Position numbers and translations under genes: made by a program
Source: Macrostomum lignano
Taxonomy: Eukaryota
DNA: 47,426 bases
Direction of reading: 5' to 3'
Assembly (NCBI GenBank): GCA_002269645.1
Contig: NIVC01003066.1
Coordinates: forward strand, 1-47,426
The notes under the pieces: model-generated
The model's database searches: none
Seen by the model: only the letters and a program-made list of their open reading frames with translations
What the model was told of the DNA's origin: nothing
In this document: one piece after another, positions 33,025 to 43,100 of the stretch
Layout of the letters: every line of letters begins with the position of its first letter
Position numbering within the stretch: position 1 is the first letter of the stretch

Positions 33025-33326
33025 AAGGTTGACAGATATTTTTAGATTTCCAAGGCTTATTGGGGGCATTGCTGAGATGTCAAGGGGGAAGTTGATATGT
33101 TAAAGCTGGGGGGGGGGAATTACTGACATGTCAAGGCTTACAAGGTTTGACAGGAGATTTTTTAAGATTTCAAGGATACATGTAGCTTATTAAAAAAACG
33201 TGTATAGCATTTCTTTGGCTCCCCAACGGGGGGCGTAGATTGCTAGTTGTCACTATAAATGCCTACCTTCAAATTAGTGATTAAAGAATTTAAGATTTAT
33301 CTACCAATATTAATCCCATTGTTTAG

Positions 33327-36300
33327 TTTACAATTCGCCAAGTCTAATCAAGACTATTACGGCGGCCGCAGTCAATCTCGTGGCGAAGTTAGCCAGCTAT
33401 TCGACTCGCACAAGTCTAACATTGAGCACCTATTGTCGCTAAGTGCCAGTCAAAATGACAATTCTAAACTGGACATTGGTTCAGACAAGAAGCACTGCGC
33501 TCTGCCCTTGCCAATTGAAACATTTATGGAACCGCCGGTTGATATACGTAGACAGCAGTTTCTACTTGTGAGTAGTTTGTTTAGAATATGCTCATTTGAA
33601 ATAGTATGAAGTTTCTATAAAATAACAAAAACACTTTTTGTTTCTTTCGTCAGAGTGTTCGAAAGCACGATTTATTGGTCTGTCGGATCGTATCCAAGGA
33701 TCAATATTCAACGCTGAACTTGCTTGTTCTGGCTTGCGACGACTCTTGCGAATTAAAGCGCGACTTGACCGATTTAAATATCAAAGTAAGTGTCTATTTA
33801 CCAGCCTTTAATTGTCTATTTAACTGTTCCTAAGAACTGCCTTTCAATAGCTGTAAAAGCTGCTATGAGATTCGTCCCGTGAATCGTTTTAAGAATCACC
33901 ATCAATCCACCCCAAGAATCGCCATCAATCCACCCCAAGAATCGCCATCAATCCACCCAAAGAATCGCCATCACACCACCCTGAGAATCGCCTTAAATCC
34001 ACCCCAAGAATCGCCATCAAATCTACATAAGAATCGCCATCACACCACCCTGAGAATCGCCATCAATCCACCCAAAGAATCGCCATCACACCACCCTGAG
34101 AATCGCCATAAATCCACCCCAAGAATCGCCATCAAATCTACCCAAGAATCGCCATCACACCACCCTGAGAATCGCCATCACACCACCCTGAGAATCGCCA
34201 TAACACCACCCTGAGAATCGCCATAACACCACCCCAAGAAACGCCATCAATCCACCCCAAGAATCGCCATCAATCCACCCCAAGAATCGCCATCAAATCT
34301 ATTCAAGAATCGCCATCAATCCACCCCAAGAATCGCCATCAAATCTATTCAAGAATCGCCATCAATCCACCCCAAGAATCGCCATCAAATCTATTCAAGA
34401 ATCGCATCAATCCACCCAAGAATCGCCATCAATCCACCCCAAGAATCGCCATCAAATCTATTCAAGAATCGCCATCAATCCACCCCAAGAATCGCCATCA
34501 ATCCACCCTGAAAATCGCCATCAAACCACCCCAACAATCGCAATCAAACCACCCAAGAATCGCCATCAATCCACCCTGAAAATCGCAATCAAACCACCCC
34601 AACAATCGCAATCAATCCACACTTAAAATCGCAATCAAACCACCCCAAGAAACGCCATCAAATCCACCCCAAGAATCGCCATCAATCCACACTTAAAATC
34701 GCAATCAAACCACCCCAAGAATCGCCATCAAATCTACCCAAGAATCGCCATCACACCACCCTGAGAATCGCCATCAATCCACCCCAAAAACGCCATCAAT
34801 CCACCCAAAGAATCGCCATCAAATCTACCCAAGAATCGCCATCAAATCTACCCAAGAATCGCCATCAATCCACCCCAAGAATCGCCATCAATCCACCCCA
34901 AGAATCGCCATCAATCCACCCCAAGAATCGCCATCAATCCACCCAAAGAATCGCCATCAATCCACCCCAAGAATCGCCATCAAATCTACCCCAAGAATCG
35001 CCATCACACCACCCTGAGAATCGCATCAATCCACCCAAGAATCGCCATCAATCCACCCCAAGAATCGCCATCAATCCACCCCAAGAATCGCCATCAAATC
35101 CACCCCAAGAATCGCCATCACACCACCCTGAGAATCGCCATCAATCCACCCTGAGAATCGCCATCAATCCACCCCAAAAAACGCCATCAATCCACCCCAA
35201 AAAACGCCATCAATCCACCCCAACAATCGCCATCAATCCACCCTGAAAATCGCAATCAAACCACCCCAACAATCGCAATCAAACCACCCCAAGTATCGCC
35301 ATCAATCCTCTCTGAGAATCGCAATCAAACCACCCCAAGTATCGCCATCAATCCTCTCTGAGAATCGCAATCAAACCACCCCAAGTATCGCCATCAATTC
35401 TGTCTAAGAATCGCAATCAAACCACCCCAAGTATCGCCATCAATCCTCTCTGAGAATCGCAATCAAACCACCCCAAATATCGCCATCAATTCTGTCTAAG
35501 AATCGCAATCAAACCACCCCAAGTATCGCCATCAATCCTCTCTGAGAATCGCAATCAAACCACCCCAAGTATCGCCATCAATTCTGTCTAAGAATCGCAA
35601 TCAAACCACCCCAAGTATCGCCATCAATTCTGTCTAAGAATCGCCATCAAACCACCCCAAGAATCGCTATCAATCTAGCCTAAGAATCGCCCCAGTTGCA
35701 TTTCAAAGAGCACATATACTAACCTATATAATCCAACAGTAACCCTTGTATGATATTCCGTATTGCTAATGTTAATGAATTTTTCCTACTTAGGCTGTGT
35801 GCCTCTTCATGAACGCGCCTCGTCAGCTCAGTCAAGAGGCTCGTATTGGCGACCTAGTTCGTTGCATGGTGCTAGATTGCCAAGAAGGCCAGCCAGTGAA
35901 TTTGTCTCTGCTGCAACAGGATTTGCCTGAGTCGGTTAAGCGGATTAAACTGGTGCGATCTACTCCATAATATTATAATCTTAAAAGCAACTATTGTTAA
36001 TTTACGGTTTCCAACTTGTCGACGCTATTAGATGTCTTGGCTTACCAAACCCACTATGAAAATCGCCCTAAACCCACCATGAGAATCGCCCTAAACCCAC
36101 CATGAGAATCGCCCTAAACCCACCATGAGAATCGCCGCTAAACCCACCATGAGAATCGCCGCTAAACCCACCATGAGAATCGCCGCTAAACCCACCATGA
36201 GAATCGCCGCTAAACCCACCATGAGAATCGCCGCTAAACCCACCATGAGAATCGCCGCTAAACCCACCATGAGAATCGCCGCTAAACCCACCATGAGAAT

Positions 36301-39300
36301 CGCCGCTAAACCCACTATGAGAATCGCCGCTAAACCCACCATGAGAATCGCCGCTAAACCCACCATGAGAATCGCCGCTAAACCCACCATGAGAATCGCC
36401 GCTAAACCCACCATGAGAATCGCCGCTAAACCCACCATGAGAATCGCCGCTAAACCCACCATGAGAATCGCCGCTAAACCCACCATGAGAATCGCCGCTA
36501 AACCCACCATGAGAATCGCCGCTAAACCCACCATGAGAATCGCCGCTAAACCCACCGTGAGAATCGCCCCTAAACCCACCATGAGAAGCTGACTCTGAAC
36601 TACAGAAAGTCTGTCTTGAACAAATGCACAATTAAATAATTGATTAATCATTTTTCAGGGCTTCATATCGTCAAACGAGATGCCCAGGCTGTATCATTTG
36701 CTTGCGAAACGAGAATCGCCAGTCTCATTTCACGGCTTTTTAGTGAACCAGACTGAGTTTAAAAATCCAGGCGCCACAACAACGCTTTGCAAGAGGTTGG
36801 GCATTGATGAGAAGCCGCTGACGAGCTTGCTGCACTGCGTTAATAAGTGAGAGCGCCTACATGTAATGAGACCCGCGTGTTGCTTTGTCAACTTGAGAAG
36901 GTGTCTTTGTCATTATCAGCTGCTGAGGGCTAGTCTCCCAGATCCTCATCTTCTGGAGACCAGACTCACCAGATCCTCATCTTCTGGAGGCCAGACTCAC
37001 CAGATCCTTATCTTCTGGAGGCCAGCCTCCCTGATCCTCATCTTCTGGGAGCCAGACTTACCAGATCTTCTGATGGCCAGCCTCCCAGAGTGTCAGTTGC
37101 TGGGTCAGCCTCCCAGAGTGTCAGTTGCTGGGCCAGCCTCCCAGAGTGTCAGTTGCTGGGCCAGCCTCCCAGAGTGTCAGTTGCTGGGCCAGCCTCCTAG
37201 AGTGTCAGTTGCTGGGCCAGCCTCCCAGAGTGTCAGTTGCTGGGCCAGCCTCCCAGAGTGTCAGTTGCTGGGTCAGCCTCCCAGAGTGTCAGTTGCTGTG
37301 CCAGTTTCCCAGATCCTCAGTTGCTGGGCTAGCCTCCCAAATCCTCAGTTGCTGAGCCAGCCTCCCAAATCCTCAGTTGCTGAGCCAGCCTCCCAGATCC
37401 TCATCAGTTGCTGAGCCAGCCTCCCAGATCCTCATCAGTTGCTGAGCCAGCCTCCCAGATCCTCATCAGTTGCTGGGCCAGCCTCCCAGAGTGTCAGTTG
37501 CTGGGCCAGCCTCCCAGATCCTCATCAGTTGCCGGGCCAGCCTCCCAAATCCTCAGTTGCTGAGCCAGCCTCCCAGATCCTCATCAGTTGCTGAGCCAGC
37601 CTCCCAGATCCTCATCAGTTGCTGGGCCAGCCTCCAAGAGTGTCAGTTGCTGGGCCAGCCTCCAAGAGTGTCAGTTGCTGGGCCAGCCTCCAAGAGTGTC
37701 AGTTGCTGGGCCAGCCTCCAAGAGTGTCAGTTGCTGGGCCAGCCTCCCAGATCCTCATCAGTTGCTGGGCCAGCCTCCCAAATCCTCAGTTGCTGAGCCA
37801 GCCTCCCAAATCCTCAGTTGCTGGGCCAGCCTCCCAGATCCTCAGTTGCTGGGCCAGCCTCCCAAATCCTCAGTTGCTGAGCCAGCCTCCCAGATCCTCA
37901 GTTGCTGGGCCAGCCTCCCAGATCTTCATGACTCAAATCCAAATTCAAGCCAAATCCAACCCCCGCAGCATGAAGGTTGATCCGGCGCACACTGCTAAAG
38001 AATTACGCGATGCCCAGAACAGGCGGTTGGCTTTGCGCGCTGTAGCCAAAGGTGTCGAGCATTTCCGAGCCGGCAATCAAACTCTGGCTAGCCAGTGCTA
38101 CGAAAGCGCATTGGCTATTGATCCTAGCAACGTTGAAGCTCTGGTTGCTAGAGGAGCATTGTAATTATAATTAATAATTAATATCTGTCTTATATAAAAT
38201 TATGATCGTCCGTCATAATAAATACTCATTACTGTTTTTATGCAGATTTGCTACAAACGGTTCGAGCGAGAAAGCCGTAGCCGATTTTGAAGCCGCCTTG
38301 GCGACAAAACCCTCGCACAAAAATGCGAGAATTTATCTGGCTAAGACTTTGTTTTCTTTAGCTGAAGTGTAAGTGAATTTTTCTTTTTTTTATAAATTTT
38401 AAGTATAAGTAGTATGTCGTGGTTTGAATTCCTAATTTGATTTAGTATCCATGGCTAAATGCTTATAGTCTATGTTCAGACTAAACTTGTCCATTAGTCA
38501 TTGGTCTATGGTCTGAATCTAGTTGTCATGATTAGTTATCCATTAGTATATAGTCTGGTCAGTCCATAGACAATAGTCTGCATGTCTATAGTCTATGGGT
38601 AGACTCTTAGTTTTCATGGCTACATGTGTATAGTCTATGGGTAGACTCTGCCATGGCTGCTTGTCTATAGTCTATGAGTAGACTAATTGTCATGGCTAAT
38701 TGTCTATAGTCTATGGTAGACTCTAATTGCCATGGCTACTTGTCTATAGTCTATGGGTAGACTAATTGTCATGGCTACTTGTCTATAGTCTATGGGTAGA
38801 CTCTAATTCCCATGGCTACTTGTCTATAGCCTATGGGTAGACTAATTGTCATGGCTACTTGTCTATAGTCTATGGGTAGACTCTAATTGCCATGGCTACC
38901 TGTCTATAGTCTATGGGTAGACTCTAATTGCCATGGCTACTTGTCTATAGTCTATGGTTAGACTCTAATTGCCATGGCTACCTGTCTATAGTCTATGGGT
39001 AGACTCTAATTGCCATGGCTACTTGTCTATAGTCTATGGGTAGGCTCTAATTGTCATGGCTATTTGTCTATAGTCTATGGGTAGATTCTAATTGCCATGG
39101 CTACTTGTCTATAGTCTATGGGTAGGCTCTAATTGTCATGGCTATTTGTCTATAGTCTATGGTTAGACTCTAATTGCCATGGCTACCTGTCTATAGTCTA
39201 TGGTAGACTCTAATTGCCATGGCTACTTGTCTATAGCCTATGGGTAGACTAATTGTCATGGCTACTTGTCTATAGTCTATGGGTAGGCTCTAATTGTCAT

Positions 39301-40139
39301 GGCTATTTGTCTATAGTCTATGGGTAGGCTCTAATTGTCATGACTACTTGTCCATAGTTTTTAATAAGCCTATTCAAATTGCATTAAACAGTCATGCTCA
39401 GAAAGGCAACACAAAATCGGCAATGCTATGCTGCATCCGAGCACTTCATCTGGATCCTAAACTTCAACAAGCCAGTCAGTTTCTCAAAGACGCTCGTGCT
39501 GTAAGTTAAATAAATTCAACTGTTAATGCTTTTACAATATTTTTTCTTACAAAACTTTGAATATTTACACATATTATTTTAGACTAACTTTACCGAAGCT
39601 GAAATGCTTCAACTCTACTATCGTTCTCTAGTAGAAGCTAATGGCGACGAAGCTGTCTTATCTGAACGCTTGTTGGCCGTTTATAAAGAATTTTCCGATT
39701 CGGCTGCTGAGGCTGAGTCTACCGATGCTGCTGCGACTGCTGCTGCGTCTGAGTCGGCTGGGCCTCATGCAGCCACTGTTAGCGAAAGGTAATAAAATGA
39801 AAAGTGGGACAGGCAGACAGACACTAAAACATTCGGACAGGCTGATATAACAGACAGATACAGAGACAGACTGACTGATACAAGCAGACGAAGTGATAGA
39901 CAGACCCTAAGGCAGACAGACAGACACAGATTGACCCTAAGACAGACCCTAAGGCAGACAGACAGACACAGATTGACCCTAAGACAGACCCTAAGGCAGA
40001 CAGACAGACACAGATTGACAGACAGATAGACAGACCCTAAGGCAGACAGACAGACACAGATTGACAGACAGATAGACAGACCCTAAGACAGACAGACACA
40101 GATTGACAGACAGACACTAAGACAGACAGACAGATAGCC

Positions 40140-40184
<45 letters not shown>

Positions 40185-43100
40185 TACTAAGACAGATAGA
40201 CAGACATTAACACAGACAGACAAAGAGATAGACAGGTACTAAAACAGACAGTGATAGACAGACACTAAAACAGACGGACAGACAGATAGACGAATATGAT
40301 TGACAAGTACATGTAGATAGACGAATATGATTGACAAGTACATGTAGATGGACGCTGACTCTGATACGCTAAAATGCCTTCCCTTTTCCAGTTCCAGTCG
40401 GCGTCATAGTCACCCCGCCACCGCCGCTGATCCTGATAACAGTCAGCATGAAAGAATCGACGTCAAACGCAAACGTAACGTGTCGCACCGATCCGACAGC
40501 CAGCATCGTCGGCGACAGGAGCGCAAACGACGCTCGTCGAGCTTGTCGCCTCCGCCGTCGCACCAGCAGCAGTCGGAGTCTTTGCTTCTAGCTCCGCCTT
40601 GTCCTCCCGTGGCCACTCAGTTATCATCGTCTTCTTCGTCATCAATTACTCGACGATTCGATCAACCAACGCAATCGTCGACGCTGCCTCACGCGCTTCG
40701 ACGGCCGTCGGATGAATTCACTGCTGCTGCTAGCATGAAGAACAAAGAGCGCGGATTTGCCGCCTTAGAGCGAGCCTATGAGCGAAAGCGATCAAACAAA
40801 GATAGTAGAAGCCCATCTGGGTCTTCAACTTCCCGTTCATCGTCTAGTAGTTCGGATAAGAATCGTCGCAGACGCAGTCGTAAACGCGATCTTAAAGATG
40901 AACAGAAATCGCACAGCAAGAAGATCAAACAGCGTCAGGTTAGCCGAGATAGATTTGATCGATATTCAGAGCAAAGTCCTAAGTTTGACGACACGGAAAG
41001 TCGTCACTTTCGCAAAGAGCCTACTCGTTCGAGTCGGTATGATCAAGATCGTTCCGGCAGAGAAGAATATAACAGACCATCGAGTCCTTATGGCAGAGAA
41101 AGACGCAAACGATTCGACAGACCTTTGAGTCCTCGTGACAGAGAAAGTCGCGATCGATTCGACAGACCTTTGAGTCCTCGTGAAAGAGAAAGTCGCGATC
41201 GATTCGACAGACCCTTGAGTCCTCGTGGCAGAGAAAGTCGCGATCGATTCGACAGACCCTTGAGTCCTCGTGGCAGAGAAAGTCGCGATCGATTCGACAG
41301 ACCCTTGAGTCCTCGTGGCAGAGAAAGTCGCGATCGATTCGACAGACCCTTGAGTCCTCGTGGCAGAGAAATTCGCGAACGATTCGACAGACCCTTGAGT
41401 CCTCGTGGCAGAGAAAGTCGCGAACGATTCGACAGACCCTTGAGTCCTCGTGGCAGAGAAAGTCGCGAACGATTCGACAGACCCTTGAGTCCTCGTGGCA
41501 GAGAAAGTCGCGAACGATTCGACAGACCCTTGAGTCCTCGTGGCAGAGAAAGTCGCGAACGATTCGACAGACGACAAAGTCCCCAAGACAGGGTTAGTGA
41601 ACGCACTGACGGACATCAGAGTCCTCAGGACAGGGAAAACCTTAAACGGTTCGACAGGCATCAAAGTCATCTAGAAAGAAGCCGTGAGCTACATAGTTCT
41701 AGGGACAGAGTAACTCAAGAACGTTTTCACGAGAGTTACGAGAGTTCCCAAGAAAAAAGTCGCAAGCACTTTGACAAGCGATCAAGTCCTCGAACTCGGG
41801 GCAAGGAAGGCTTCGACAGGCCAAAGAGTCCTCCAGACAGAGGTCGTGAGCACTTTGATAGACGATCGAGTTCGCTCGACCGAGAAGCTCGCTTTGACAG
41901 ACGTCAGAGTTCCCAGGACGGGGAAGGTCGTAGACAACCTCGCTTAAGCAGAGATTCCACTATCCATTCAGATCGAGATCGGTTTACCACAGAATCAAGA
42001 CGCAGTCAGAGAGATGACGATCGCAAGGACAGGCGGAAAGATACTGAAAGATACGAGTATCGGGATAGTGGCAGTAGTCGACACGCTCAACACTATATTC
42101 CCGGTCCCGACACAGTCGAAGAAGCTGATATGGACATATCGCCTGGAGGTTCGCCGCCTCCAGGATCCTCTATGGATACCATGGCAGGACACCAGCCAAC
42201 TGTGTTAAGCCACCCAGAGAGTGCAACTTCACGATTTTCCATGAACATACGTTCAAGACTTGGACCAGCTAACAGTCAGCCGCAGTCTGGCAGTTCGCCA
42301 GCGCCAGAGGACGAAGTGCGTCGAGTTGTGCTGCTCAAACCCGCAGACAAATTGCCAGAGTCCACGACGACTGTACGAAAAGAAGCCAGAGATGAGGCAG
42401 CCAGTATTGGTGGCGATTTTATGGAGTTTGAGAGTGAGTTTCAACTGCTGTATTTTCGAATACTTTCGGATTGTTGGCTAGGTTATTGGCTTTTTTACTG
42501 CTTCCTTTTGGCTAATGTATTGGCTTCCTATTGACTAGTTTATTTGCTTCCTAATGGCTAGTTTATTGGCTTCCTATTGGCTAGTTTATTGGCTTCTTAT
42601 TGGCTAGTTTATTGGCTTCCTAATGGCTAGTTTATTGGCTTCCTAATGGCTAGTTTATTGGCTTCCTATTGACTAGTTTATTGGCTTCCTATTGACTAGT
42701 TTATTGGCTTCCTAATGGCTAGTTTATTGGCTTCCTAATGGCTAGTTTATAGGCTTCCTACTGGCTAGTTTATTGGCTTCCTAATGGCTAGTTTATTGGC
42801 TTCCTACTGGCTAGTTTATTGGCTTCCATTGGCTAGTTTATTGGCTTCCTACTGGCTAGTTTATTGGCTTCCATTGGCTAGTTTATTGGCTTCCTAATGG
42901 CTAGATTATTGGCTTCCTATTGGCTAGTTTATTGGCTTCCTACTGGCTAGTTTATTGGCTTCCATTGGCTAGTTTATTGGCTTCCTAATGGCTAGATTAT
43001 TGGCTTCCTATTGGCTAGTTTATTGGCTTCCTAATGGCTAGATTATTGGCTTCCTATTGGCTAGTTTATTGGCTTCCTAATGGCTAGATTATTGGCTTCC

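Noticed and set aside
36068-36651. [16 protein letters not shown] and similar repeat proteins; likewise 44196-44677
   Set aside because: 24-bp intronic minisatellites whose period is a multiple of three.
40966-41670. Minus-strand repeat ORFs
   Set aside because: Antisense shadows of the TTC14 45-bp coding repeat.
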